DNA of 64,000 nucleotides from an uncultured Bacillota bacterium (GTDB taxonomy: Bacteria; Bacillota; Dehalobacteriia; UBA4068; UBA4997), in NCBI GenBank assembly GCA_948907985.1, contig CAQWMM010000003.1, forward strand, positions 7,173 through 71,172, read 5' to 3'. Of this stretch, positions 17,631 through 26,795 are shown in pieces (position 1 is the first letter of the stretch; each line of letters begins with the position of its first letter). Under the pieces are notes generated by a model. That model did no database searches. It had not been told where the DNA came from and was given only the letters and a program-made list of their open reading frames with translations. A program made the translations under genes and the position numbers.

Positions 17631-17852
17631 TTGACAATTTTGCAAAGACTGGCCAGACTGTTGGATGTTAAAAGTCTGGTTACGCTGGCGCTGGTTTTGG
17701 TTCTGTGTATCATGACCTTGAGCGGCCGGGAGGTGAGCGAACTTTTTAGCAGTGCGGTAATGCTGGTGTTGGGTTTCTTTTTTGGCAAGAATGTACCGGC
17801 GGCTGGCGGCCAGCAGGAAAATAACGGCAGGGAGAACCAGAAAGGAGTGTAG
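17631..17852 (+). CDS. Holin (candidate), 73 aa with two transmembrane segments.
   Basis: A small hydrophobic protein immediately upstream of the lysin gene. Confidence 0.5.
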   Translation: MTILQRLARLLDVKSLVTLALVLVLCIMTLSGREVSELFSSAVMLVLGFFFGKNVPAAGGQQENNGRENQKGV

Positions 17853-17858
17853 GGTGGT

Positions 17859-18491
17859 ATGCGTTATCCTTTTGATAAGTATCGTCTGGGTACGGGCTAT
17901 GGCGCTAAAGGCGGCCTGTGGCGGGCCGGCTGGCACAGCGGGCAGGATTTTATCTCGGTGAGCTTTGGCGGCGACGGTTTGGTATATCCGCTTTATGAGG
18001 GGCGGGTGCTGCGGGTTAGCCGGGGCGGCAGCTACGGCAACTGTGTGCAGGTGCGCCATGCCGACGGTTATCTTACGCTTTATGCGCATTTGCGTACAGT
18101 TTATGTGCGCGCCGGGCAAAAAGTGGGCGAGAATACGGTTTTGGGCATTGAGGGGGCGACCGGCAACGTTACCGGCCGGCATTTGCATTTGGAGGTACAT
18201 AAAGGGGAATATCATTATCCCTCGCTGGTTAATCCGCTGCAATTTATCGCCCAAAGAATGATGAACGGCGGCTTGACAGAAAATTCAGAAAAGGAGGCGG
18301 ACGGCGAATTGGAAAAACTGCTGAAAATTCGCCTGAACGGCACGGAGAAAGTTGTACAGGCGATTGAAAAAAGCGGCCATAATTATGTGCGCCTACAGGA
18401 TCTGCGCGATGGATTGATTGCGGTGGAATATGACGAGGCGGCGCATATTCCGGTGGTGCAGGTGCATAATAAAAAATATATTAATATGTAA
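17859..18491 (+). CDS. M23-family peptidase endolysin.
   Basis: LytM-type motifs HSGQD…GNCVQVRH…TLYAHL…GATGNVTGRHLHLEV. The C-terminal ~70 aa domain is of unknown type. Confidence 0.75.
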   Translation: MRYPFDKYRLGTGYGAKGGLWRAGWHSGQDFISVSFGGDGLVYPLYEGRVLRVSRGGSYGNCVQVRHADGYLTLYAHLRTVYVRAGQKVGENTVLGIEGATGNVTGRHLHLEVHKGEYHYPSLVNPLQFIAQRMMNGGLTENSEKEADGELEKLLKIRLNGTEKVVQAIEKSGHNYVRLQDLRDGLIAVEYDEAAHIPVVQVHNKKYINM

Positions 18492-18521
18492 GGCAATTTG
18501 CACAAGGCTTTTGAAAAATGA

Positions 18522-18550
18522 TTGAACTTTGCGTAGCTATATGATATAAT
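18522..18550 (+). promoter_or_regulatory. SigA-type promoter (TTGAAC, 17 bp spacer, TGaTATAAT) at the junction of the phage element and the chromosome.
   Basis: A near-consensus -35, a 17 bp spacer and an extended -10. Confidence 0.5.
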
Positions 18551-18634
18551 GTGAGTATCGGCGATTGTCAAGTCTGAAAGACGCAGGCAGAGCCGCTTAC
18601 GAACAAATACCATAGTGCAATTTGTTGGTATTAG

Positions 18635-18663
18635 GTAAAATGATCTTGTCCCTATGGTATAAT
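18635..18663 (+). promoter_or_regulatory. Extended -10 promoter (TGgTATAAT) upstream of the small membrane protein and lspA. It is overlapped by the inverted repeat TACCATAG…CTATGGTA.
   Basis: A perfect extended -10. The inverted 8-mers lie at 18607-18614 and 18651-18658. Confidence 0.45.
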
Positions 18664-18679
18664 ACAGAAATAAAACGAT

Positions 18680-18919
18680 ATGCTGAAAAAATTTTGGGAA
18701 AAATTTGCCTTAAAAAAACGGCTGCGGTTTTTTCTGCGCCATTTTTTGGCGGGGGTGTTTCGGGGTATGGGCTTTGCGTTGGGTTTCTTCCTGTTAAGCG
18801 CGCTGGCCTTATATCTGCTGAATATGCTGGTGGATTTAGGAATTCCGGTGATCGGCGATTTTATTGCCCAGCTGTTATTTTATATTGAGAGCGTGCAGCG
18901 CGCTAAAGGTTTGGTTTAG
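18680..18919 (+). CDS. Small membrane protein (79 aa) upstream of lspA.
   Basis: Hydrophobic, coding-like and co-oriented with lspA. Confidence 0.4.
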   Translation: MLKKFWEKFALKKRLRFFLRHFLAGVFRGMGFALGFFLLSALALYLLNMLVDLGIPVIGDFIAQLLFYIESVQRAKGLV

Positions 18920-18946
18920 ACAAATTGCATATAAGAGGTTTGGTGA

Positions 18947-19402
18947 ATGATTTTTATTCTGATAATTTTGTTGGGGTTGGCTGCCGATCAGTTAAGCAAA
19001 TGGCTGGTGGCGGGCAGCCTGCCCCTGGGGGGCAGCGTTGAACTTTTGGGGCCGCTGCTGCGCCTGCATTATGTGCAGAACACCGGCGCGGCCTGGAGCC
19101 TGTTTAAGAACAGCACTTTGGCTTTGGCTGTGTTTTCGGTTTTGCTGCTGGCCTTGCTGGCGGTGTGGTTCAGCCTGACGCCGGCGGCCAAAAGGGGACA
19201 GCGTTTGGCCTTGAGCGTGATTATGAGCGGCGCTTTGGGCAATATGCTGGACCGCTTTCGGCTGGGCTATGTGGTGGATTTTTTGGAGCTGCCGCATTGG
19301 CCGGTTTTTAATGTGGCGGATATGCTGCTTTGCTGCGGCGTGGCGGCGTTGGCGCTGTTGATTCTGCTGGAGGAAAAACGGGAAAAAACCGAGGTTAAGT
19401 GA
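18947..19402 (+). CDS. lspA: Lipoprotein signal peptidase II.
   Basis: NTGAAWS…VVDFLEL…FNVADM motifs. Four transmembrane segments. Confidence 0.9.
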   Translation: MIFILIILLGLAADQLSKWLVAGSLPLGGSVELLGPLLRLHYVQNTGAAWSLFKNSTLALAVFSVLLLALLAVWFSLTPAAKRGQRLALSVIMSGALGNMLDRFRLGYVVDFLELPHWPVFNVADMLLCCGVAALALLILLEEKREKTEVK

Positions 19403-19407
19403 AACAT

Positions 19408-20361
19408 ATGGGTTGGGATAAGCAGGAAATCAATATTGTGTTGCCGGCGGCGAGTAGCGGACAGCGTTTAGACCGCTTTTTGACGGAGTCGGCCATTGCC
19501 GGCGGGGAAAAATCCCGCTCTTTCTGGCAAAAGCTGCTGAAACAGGGCGCGGTGCGTCTGCGGCCAGCCAAGCTTGCGCAGGAAATTGTTCCCAAGGCTA
19601 ATTATCTGTTGAGTGAGGGGGACGAAATTTGCCTGGCTTTGCCAGAGCCGGAAGTTTTGCAGGCGGCGGCTGAAAATATTCCCCTGGATATTCTGTTTGA
19701 GGACGCCGACTTGTTGGTGGTTAATAAACCGCGGGGTATGGTTGTGCACCCGGCGGCCGGCAACTGGCAGGGTACGCTGGTTAACGCGCTGCTGGCGCAT
19801 TGCCGGGATTTATCCGGAATTAACGGGGTTTTGCGGCCGGGCATTGTGCACCGTCTGGATAAGGACACCACGGGGCTGATTATTGTGGCTAAAAGTGATT
19901 TGGCGCATCAACGCCTGGCCGAGGGTTGGCACAAGGGCGCGGTTAACCGTTGGTATCTGGCGCTGCTGCATGGCAGTATGGCGGAGCCGGGAGGCACGAT
20001 TGACGCGCCGCTGGGGCGCAGCCCGAAAGACCGCAAGAAGATGGCGGTGATACCGGAGGGCCGCCGGGCCGTAACCCATTATCAGGTGTTGGAGCGGCTG
20101 GGACAGTTTACTTATGTCTGCTGCAAGCTGGAAACCGGGCGGACGCACCAGATCCGCGTACATATGAAGTATCTTGGTTATCCGCTGGTTGGCGATAAGC
20201 TTTATGGGCCGCGCAATACGCCCGACGTGGGCATGCTGTTACATTCGGCGCGGCTGAAGTTTACTCACCCGATTAGCGGGGAATTGATTGAGCTGGAGGC
20301 CCCTTTGCCGGCGGATTTTGCTGATTTTTTGGCGGAACAGCGCAAAAATGTTAAAAAATGA
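19408..20361 (+). CDS. rluD: 23S rRNA pseudouridine synthase, RluD/RluA family (S4 plus catalytic domain).
   Basis: VVNKPRGMVVHP…HRLDKDTTGLIIVAK motifs. Confidence 0.85.
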   Translation: MGWDKQEINIVLPAASSGQRLDRFLTESAIAGGEKSRSFWQKLLKQGAVRLRPAKLAQEIVPKANYLLSEGDEICLALPEPEVLQAAAENIPLDILFEDADLLVVNKPRGMVVHPAAGNWQGTLVNALLAHCRDLSGINGVLRPGIVHRLDKDTTGLIIVAKSDLAHQRLAEGWHKGAVNRWYLALLHGSMAEPGGTIDAPLGRSPKDRKKMAVIPEGRRAVTHYQVLERLGQFTYVCCKLETGRTHQIRVHMKYLGYPLVGDKLYGPRNTPDVGMLLHSARLKFTHPISGELIELEAPLPADFADFLAEQRKNVKK

Positions 20362-20382
20362 GCATATAAAAAGGAGGAATGT

Positions 20383-21723
20383 TTGGTGAATCAGCCTAAT
20401 TTGTTCAGCGCGCAGGCGGACGAGAACCGGCGGCGGGCCGCCCCGCTGGCGGCCAGAATGAGGCCGCGCAGTTTGGCGGAATATGCCGGACAGGAGCAGA
20501 TTTTGGCGCCGGGGCGTTTGCTGCGCCGGGCGATTGAGGCCGATCAGCTTTCTTCTCTGATTTTTTATGGGCCGCCGGGCGTGGGTAAAACCTCTTTGGC
20601 GCGGGTGATTGCCAACAGCACCAGCAGCGATTTTAAGCAGCTTTCGGCGGTGGGTACCGGCGTGGGCGATATCCGGGCGGTTTTGCAGGCGGCCAAGGAA
20701 AATCTGGAGCTTTACAATATGCGCACCGTTTTGTTTATTGACGAAATTCATCGCTTTAATAAGGGCCAGCAGGACGCCCTTTTGCCGGCGGTGGAGGAGG
20801 GAACGGTGATTCTGATTGGCGCGACAACGGAAAATCCCTATTTTGAGGTGAACGGCGCGCTGCTTTCGCGCTCGCGTATTTTTCGGCTAACCCCATTGCA
20901 GCCCCGGCATATCCGGGCCTTACTTTTACAGGCTTTGCAGGATAAGGAGCGGGGGCTGGGCAATTATCGCGTGGAGTTGCAGGAGGCGGCGCTTAAACAT
21001 ATTGCCGAATCCGCCGCGGGGGACGCCCGCAACGCTTATAACGCGCTGGAGTTGGCGGTTTTGACAACCCCGCCGGCTGAAGACGGTATCAGGCATATTA
21101 CTTTGGAAGTGGCGGCGGAGAGTATTCAGCAAAAGGCTTTGCACTACGACAAAAAGGGCGATAATCATTATGATGTGATTTCGGCTTTTATTAAGAGTAT
21201 GCGCGGCTCGGACCCGGACGCGGCGCTGCATTATCTGGCGCGGATGATCAGGGCCGGCGAACAGCCGGAATTTATTTGCCGGCGTATTATTATTTGCGCG
21301 GCGGAGGATGTGGGGCTGGCTGACCCCCGGGCTTTGCAGGTGGCGACGGCCTGCATGGACGCGGTGCATTTTGTCGGCTGGCCGGAGGCGCGGATTCCGC
21401 TGGCTTTGGCGGCGGTTTATGTGGCCCGCGCCCCCAAGAGCAACAGCGCTTATTTGGGGATTGACGCGGCGCTGGCCGATGTGGATAAACTGGGCGATTT
21501 TGCGGTGCCGCGCCATTTGCGGGATTCCAGCTATCCTGGGGCCAAGGAGTTTGGCCATGGCCTGGGTTATAAATATGCTCATGATTTTGGCGGCTATGTG
21601 CGGCAGCAATATCTGCCTGACGAACTGAAAAACAGGAAATATTTGCAGCCCACCGGCAACGGGGACGATTTGCGGGAGCCGTGGTTTGCTGCAAAAGCTG
21701 AAAATACACAGGGGGATGATTAA
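20383..21723 (+). CDS. rarA: Replication-associated recombination protein A (AAA+ ATPase).
   Basis: Walker A (GPPGVGKTSLA), Walker B (LFIDEIHRF) and MgsA C-terminal domains. Confidence 0.85.
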   Translation: MVNQPNLFSAQADENRRRAAPLAARMRPRSLAEYAGQEQILAPGRLLRRAIEADQLSSLIFYGPPGVGKTSLARVIANSTSSDFKQLSAVGTGVGDIRAVLQAAKENLELYNMRTVLFIDEIHRFNKGQQDALLPAVEEGTVILIGATTENPYFEVNGALLSRSRIFRLTPLQPRHIRALLLQALQDKERGLGNYRVELQEAALKHIAESAAGDARNAYNALELAVLTTPPAEDGIRHITLEVAAESIQQKALHYDKKGDNHYDVISAFIKSMRGSDPDAALHYLARMIRAGEQPEFICRRIIICAAEDVGLADPRALQVATACMDAVHFVGWPEARIPLALAAVYVARAPKSNSAYLGIDAALADVDKLGDFAVPRHLRDSSYPGAKEFGHGLGYKYAHDFGGYVRQQYLPDELKNRKYLQPTGNGDDLREPWFAAKAENTQGDD

Positions 21724-22944
21724 ATGAAATATGTTGTGATTCTGGCTGACGGCATGGCGGATTGGCCCTGCCCGGAACTGGATGGTCAAACGCCCATGAG
21801 CGCGGCGCATAAGCCGCATATGAACGCAATGGCGGCGGGCGGTATAACCGGCCTTTGCCAGACGGTGCCGCCGCAGTTTTTGCCCGGCTCGGACGTGGCT
21901 AATTTATCTATTTTAGGTTATCCGCCGGCGGAGTTTTATAAAGGGCGTTCTTCTCTGGAGGCGGTTTCGGCTGGGGTGCCGCTGGGCGAGGGGGATTTAA
22001 CCCTGCGCGTTAATCTGGTGCAGTTATCCGACGAACCGAATTATGCAGACAAACATATGCTGGATTATTCCGGCGGTGAAATTGCCACCCCGGACGCGGT
22101 GGAGCTTATCAAAACGCTGGCGGCCCAGCTGGACGATGAGCAGCGGCAGCTTTTCCCGGGGGTTTCTTACCGGCATTTGCTTTTGTGCCATGGCGCGAAG
22201 GATGATACCACCTATACGCCGCCGCATGATATACTGGGAGAGCGGATTGGCGACCATTTGCCGCAGGGCGCGGGCGCGGCGGCTATGCTGGAATATATGC
22301 AGCGGGCCGGCGAGATTTTAGCCGGGCAGCCCTATAACTTGCAGAAAGCGGCTAAGGGCGAGGGCTATGCCAACGCGATCTGGCTTTGGGGGCCGGGGGT
22401 TAAGCCGCAGCTGCCCAAATTTGCGGAGCGCTGGCGGCTGAAAGGCGGTATTATCAGCGCGGTGGATTTGCTGCGCGGTATTGGCCTTTCTGCCGGAATG
22501 GACGTTTTGTATCTGTCATCGGCGACGGGCAGCGTGGATACTGATTTCAGGGGCAAGGGCGAATTAGCGGCGGCTTATCTTAAAGGCGGCGGGGATTTCG
22601 TCTATGTTCATGTTGAGGCCCCGGACGAAAGCGGCCATCAGGGTTTGCTGGCCAAGAAAATCAGCGCGATTGAGCATATTGATGCGGAAACTATCCCTCC
22701 GATTTTGGACGCTATGCAGGATATGGGTGAGGATTATCGGATTTTGGTGCTGCCCGACCATTTTACGCCTTTGCAAATCCGCACGCATGCCCGGGACGCA
22801 GTGCCATTTTTGCTGTTTGACAGCCGCCACCATAAGTTGGACGGTTCGGTTGTTTTTAGCGAGGCGCAGGCGGCGGAACAAAATTTGCTGCTGCCGGACG
22901 GGATCAGCTTGCTGCAAAAATTATTCGACATAAATTTTTTATAA
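21724..22944 (+). CDS. apgM: Cofactor-independent phosphoglycerate mutase, archaeal type.
   Basis: MKYVVILADGMADWP… metalloenzyme and phosphopentomutase-like architecture. Confidence 0.8.
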   Translation: MKYVVILADGMADWPCPELDGQTPMSAAHKPHMNAMAAGGITGLCQTVPPQFLPGSDVANLSILGYPPAEFYKGRSSLEAVSAGVPLGEGDLTLRVNLVQLSDEPNYADKHMLDYSGGEIATPDAVELIKTLAAQLDDEQRQLFPGVSYRHLLLCHGAKDDTTYTPPHDILGERIGDHLPQGAGAAAMLEYMQRAGEILAGQPYNLQKAAKGEGYANAIWLWGPGVKPQLPKFAERWRLKGGIISAVDLLRGIGLSAGMDVLYLSSATGSVDTDFRGKGELAAAYLKGGGDFVYVHVEAPDESGHQGLLAKKISAIEHIDAETIPPILDAMQDMGEDYRILVLPDHFTPLQIRTHARDAVPFLLFDSRHHKLDGSVVFSEAQAAEQNLLLPDGISLLQKLFDINFL

Positions 22945-23003
22945 TTTTGACAAACTATATAATTTATAAAGATTGGATTGCTTGTTAGCATTGTTTTTTT
23001 AAG

Positions 23004-23714
23004 ATGATTAGTATGGATTTTAAAAGGGGGCTGCACGACGGCGTGCCAATCGGTTTGGGCTATTTCTCGGTGGCCTTTACCTTTGGGCTGGCCGCGGTGG
23101 CGGCTGGTTTGCCGATTTGGGCCCCGGTGTTGATTTCGATGAGCAATACAACCTCTGCCGGGCAGTTTGCCGGCTTGCAGGTGATTGCGGCCTGTGGCTC
23201 GCTGTTGGAGATTGCGGTTTCGCAGTTGGTTATTAATCTGCGCTATGCGCTGATGAGCCTTTCGCTCTCCCAAAAGCTGGACCATACGGTGCGGCTTAGG
23301 GATCGTTTTTTGATTGCTTTTGTGAACACTGACGAAGTTTTTGCCGTGGCGGCCGGACGGCCGGGCGAGGTGGGCCGGGCTTATATGTTTGGCCTGATTT
23401 GCGCTCCGTACTTTGGCTGGGCGGCTGGCACGCTGTTGGGGGCTGTTGCGGGGGATTTTTTGCCAGACTCTTTGGCCTCGGCTTTGGGTGTGGCTATTTA
23501 TGGTATGTTTCTGGCAATTATTATCCCGCCGGCGAAAAAAAACCGGGCGATTGTGGCGGTGATTGCGCTGGCGGTGGCTTTAAGCTGTCTGCTGCAATGG
23601 CTGCCGGTTTTTGCCGGTTTAGGCAGCGGTTTTGTGATTATTATTTGTACGCTGCTGGCGGCGGCTTTTGCGGCCTGGCGCTTTCCGCTGAAGGAGGCTG
23701 AGCCGGATGTCTGA
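23004..23714 (+). CDS. azlC: AzlC-family branched-chain amino acid transporter.
   Basis: A polytopic membrane protein with an AzlC signature N-terminus. Confidence 0.75.
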   Translation: MISMDFKRGLHDGVPIGLGYFSVAFTFGLAAVAAGLPIWAPVLISMSNTTSAGQFAGLQVIAACGSLLEIAVSQLVINLRYALMSLSLSQKLDHTVRLRDRFLIAFVNTDEVFAVAAGRPGEVGRAYMFGLICAPYFGWAAGTLLGAVAGDFLPDSLASALGVAIYGMFLAIIIPPAKKNRAIVAVIALAVALSCLLQWLPVFAGLGSGFVIIICTLLAAAFAAWRFPLKEAEPDV

Positions 23715-24036
23715 ATTGAGCAACGCCGCCCTTTTGGCGTATATTGGTACTATGGCGCTGGTAACTTATTTGATTCGCCTTTTGCCGCTGGTTTTGTTTC
23801 ATAAAAAAATTACTAATATTTTTGTGCGCTCCTTTTTATATTATGTGCCGTATGCTGTTTTGGGAGCGATGACGGTTCCGGCCATTTTTACGGCTACCGC
23901 CTGCGTGCCCTCGGCGATTGTTGGCGGGCTTACCGCCGTATTTTTTGCCTATCGGGAAAAGAGCCTGCTGTTTGTGGCCGTGGCGGCCAGCGCGGCGGTG
24001 TTTATCGCGGAGCGGCTAATTGACATTTTGTTGTGA
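23707..24036 (+). CDS. azlD: AzlD-family small membrane partner.
   Basis: 109 aa, hydrophobic, overlapping azlC. Confidence 0.7.
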   Translation: MSELSNAALLAYIGTMALVTYLIRLLPLVLFHKKITNIFVRSFLYYVPYAVLGAMTVPAIFTATACVPSAIVGGLTAVFFAYREKSLLFVAVAASAAVFIAERLIDILL

Positions 24037-24069
24037 TAAGATATATGTGATACAGAAAGAGGGAAATTT

Positions 24070-24969
24070 ATGGGCGGAGATTTTAAACAAGCTATGCTGC
24101 AAATGTTTGCGCAGATGCAAAGAAACGCAATTTATCTGACTTATCAGACGGCGGCGGAACCTCTTGCGGTTGGTATAAGCCGTTTCGGCGGCCAGCCGGA
24201 TGTGCCGGCGGATTTTGTCTGGCCGCGTTATACCGGTGAAGATTACCAGGGGGTTGTGGCCGAGCGGCCGCTAAGTTTTATGGCGCAGATTAACCTGGCC
24301 GAAGCGGCGGCCTTTGATAAGGATGGGCTGCTGCCTAAAAGCGGTTTGTTGAGCTTTTTTTATGAAATGACGACCGAGAAATGGGGCTTTGACCCGACGG
24401 ATAAGGGCTGCGCCCGGGTATATTACTTTGCAGATATGGCTGCTTTAACGCCCAGCCCTTTCCCGGATGATTTGGACGGGGAATTTCGGCTACCGGAGTT
24501 TGCGCTGGAGATGCGCGCGGCAGCAGCTTTACCGGAATGTTATGATTTTATGAAGTCGCCGCTTACGCAGGCTATTCCGGAGCAGTTCCCGGAGGCGGCG
24601 GATTTTGATTGGGACGCTTATGAAGAACTGCGGGCGGAATATGGCTGCGCGCCGCCGGAAGACGGCTGGAGCGAAACCAGCAAGTTGCTGGGTTGGCCAA
24701 ACACTATCCAGGGGCCGATGGAATATGAGTGCGAGGCGGTGAGCCGGGGCGTATACAGCGGCGTGCCCCAGGAAATAGCCGATGAGCTGCGGGCGGAAAT
24801 TGAACAGGCCAGCCTGGACTGGATTTTGCTTTTCCAGATGGGTACTGTTGAGCATGGGGATTTTGAACTGATGTTTGGCGATGTGGGGCATATCTATTAC
24901 TGGATTAAAAAACAGGATTTGGCGGCCGGCAATTTTGACAAGGTTTGGCTGATCCTGCAATGCTCCTGA
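24070..24969 (+). CDS. DUF1963 (YwqG-family) protein.
   Basis: SRFGGQPDVP…LLGWPNTIQ…GDVGHIYYWI motifs. Confidence 0.65.
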   Translation: MGGDFKQAMLQMFAQMQRNAIYLTYQTAAEPLAVGISRFGGQPDVPADFVWPRYTGEDYQGVVAERPLSFMAQINLAEAAAFDKDGLLPKSGLLSFFYEMTTEKWGFDPTDKGCARVYYFADMAALTPSPFPDDLDGEFRLPEFALEMRAAAALPECYDFMKSPLTQAIPEQFPEAADFDWDAYEELRAEYGCAPPEDGWSETSKLLGWPNTIQGPMEYECEAVSRGVYSGVPQEIADELRAEIEQASLDWILLFQMGTVEHGDFELMFGDVGHIYYWIKKQDLAAGNFDKVWLILQCS

Positions 24970-24996
24970 ACAATAGCGCACTGTTGTTGCACTTAA

Positions 24997-25034
24997 AAGA
25001 GGCATACCGTTTTTGGCGGTATGCCTCTTTTGGT
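24997..25034. terminator. Bidirectional intrinsic terminator between convergent genes.
   Basis: A 13 bp perfect stem (aagaggcataccg / cggtatgcctctt) with T-runs. Confidence 0.75.
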
Positions 25035-25048
25035 GTTTTAAATGTTGC

Positions 25049-25969
25049 CTAGGCGTTGACGTTGAGCGTCGGCTGGCTGACTGTCGGGCTGGCAGTTTGC
25101 GCGGCGGTGTAGGCGGCGCGGGCGGCTTGCCTGCGGGCGCGGCGCACTTTGCGCAATTCGGGCGAATCAACCTTGTGCTCTGATGATTGTGTCGTTTGAT
25201 CTGTGTTAGCCTGAACCTTAACTGCCGGTTTGGCCGGGGTGGGCGCGGACTGCGTGTTTTCAGTTGGCGTACTTTCCGGGTTTTTGACGCCTGGCTGTTC
25301 GGGCGTTTGCTCTGTTTTGGTTGAAACGTCCGGCTGTTCCGGTTGTTCGGGTTTTTGTGGCTTTTGCGGTTTGGTCTGCTGCTGTTTTTCTTCCTTGCGG
25401 GCCTTGGCCTCTTCAGCTTCGGTAGGCAGACGGTCGTATTCGCCGCTTTGAACAAAGGCGCTGGTGCTTTGTTCTATTTTGTCCATGCGCATTTTTTCCT
25501 GCATACAGATTTCCAGTTTTTTGCTCTCGGGTATGTGGGAATTGTTGCGCACTGACCCGATAACCGAAAGAGAAGAGGCAATCTGGTTCATCTTCAGCCG
25601 CTGAACCTCTTCCTTGGTTTTGCACTGGCGCAGCTTTTTTTCATAGGCCTTTTGCTCCTGTTCAATGGAGCGTAGTTTTTCATAGGCCTGGGGATTTTTG
25701 GCTTTGAGATATTCTTTTTCTTTGCTGGTAAGCTTGGCGCCGGCATAAATTTTCTGCATGATGTTGTTAAGCTTTTTTTTGCCCTCCTCATCATCCGGAT
25801 TGTTGCCGGTTAGGCCTCGCTTCAAAGCCTGTTGGCTGGTATCCAGCCATTCTTCCAGCGATTTTTTATGGCTGTTGTAATCGCCGGATTTTTGTTTAAG
25901 ATTCCATTGTGTCTGCAATTTCAGGGTTTTGGTGTAGGAATTGACCGAACCCATGATGGAGATACTCAT
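25049..25969 (-). CDS. Hypothetical protein (306 aa) with a coiled-coil, K/E-rich middle and a P/Q/T-rich low-complexity C-terminus.
   Basis: AGGAGG RBS and a consensus promoter. GC content is lower than its neighbours. Confidence 0.5.
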   Translation of the reverse strand: MSISIMGSVNSYTKTLKLQTQWNLKQKSGDYNSHKKSLEEWLDTSQQALKRGLTGNNPDDEEGKKKLNNIMQKIYAGAKLTSKEKEYLKAKNPQAYEKLRSIEQEQKAYEKKLRQCKTKEEVQRLKMNQIASSLSVIGSVRNNSHIPESKKLEICMQEKMRMDKIEQSTSAFVQSGEYDRLPTEAEEAKARKEEKQQQTKPQKPQKPEQPEQPDVSTKTEQTPEQPGVKNPESTPTENTQSAPTPAKPAVKVQANTDQTTQSSEHKVDSPELRKVRRARRQAARAAYTAAQTASPTVSQPTLNVNA

Positions 25970-26016
25970 AAAATCAACCTCCTTTTCAGACGGAAAAATT
26001 TTGCGTATTCAATAAT

Positions 26017-26046
26017 ATTATATCTGCACGGGGGGCGGTTTGTCAA
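26017..26046 (-). promoter_or_regulatory. Consensus SigA promoter (TTGACA, 17-18 bp spacer, TATAAT) for the 25049-25969 gene.
   Basis: tgtcaa and attata read on the plus strand at the correct spacing. Confidence 0.6.
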
Positions 26047-26059
26047 TGGAAATAGAGAA

Positions 26060-26109
26060 TGTTAAATAAAAATAGAAGAGCGGTTTCTTGCTGAAACAGC
26101 CCTTCTATT
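26060..26109 (-). terminator. Intrinsic terminator downstream of the Lrp gene.
   Basis: A long imperfect hairpin (aatagaagagcggtttc…gaaacagcccttctatt) followed by a T-run on the minus strand. Confidence 0.6.
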
Positions 26110-26186
26110 AATTTGTTTAAATTAGCCCAGAGTTTCATCCTAAAGACATATCCAATTTGTAAAGTAAGTAAGTTTTATTGCCCCGG

Positions 26187-26651
26187 TTAAAATTCGTCGT
26201 CAGCTCCGGTTGGGGAAACTTCGTAAATATTTTTAACCTCTTTCAGCACATAATGTGTGATTGTGCCGGAAACACCGGGGATTTCTTTAACGAAACGGTG
26301 TAGATCCTCCAACTCTTCTGAGGAGCGGCAGCAGATTTTTAAATTGAAATCAAAATCTCCTGTAAGATAGTAGCAATCCACAATGTTGGGGTTGCTTTGC
26401 ACCGCCTCCACAAAGCTGTCATAAAAGCGCGGATGCTCTAGGCGCACCTCCATAACAGCCAGCACATCATAGCCCAATTTGCGGGAATCCAGCAAAACTG
26501 TATATTTTTTTACCACGCCGTTCTCTTCCAGTTTATGGATTCTGTCCAATACGGCTGAAACGGAAAGATGTATGCGCTTGCTGATGCTAGAAGCCGTTTC
26601 GCGGCCATTATCCTGTAAAATTTTTAATATGACCAAATCAATGTTATCCAT
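26187..26651 (-). CDS. Lrp/AsnC-family transcriptional regulator.
   Basis: An HTH_AsnC N-terminus plus a RAM domain. A promoter (TTTACA, 17 bp spacer, TAAAAT) lies at 26721-26749. Confidence 0.8.
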   Translation of the reverse strand: MDNIDLVILKILQDNGRETASSISKRIHLSVSAVLDRIHKLEENGVVKKYTVLLDSRKLGYDVLAVMEVRLEHPRFYDSFVEAVQSNPNIVDCYYLTGDFDFNLKICCRSSEELEDLHRFVKEIPGVSGTITHYVLKEVKNIYEVSPTGADDEF

Positions 26652-26795
26652 ATAGTCTATTCACCCTTTTGTAATCTAAAAAATCTCCCTCTTTCGATAA
26701 AAACTCGGACTGTTTCCTATATTTTAGCATAGTTAGGGTATAATGTAAATAATTTTTTGAGAAAAAGCTGATGATTCCTTAAAAAAATTATCAGG

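Larger units (their letters stand above)
3060..18491 (+). mobile_element. PBSX-like contractile-tail phage-derived element. It is a late/structural operon only and is probably defective or domesticated.
   Basis: A collinear plus-strand block from terS to the endolysin. No integrase, repressor, replication or tape-measure gene lies inside it or in the 650 bp on its left. Confidence 0.7.
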
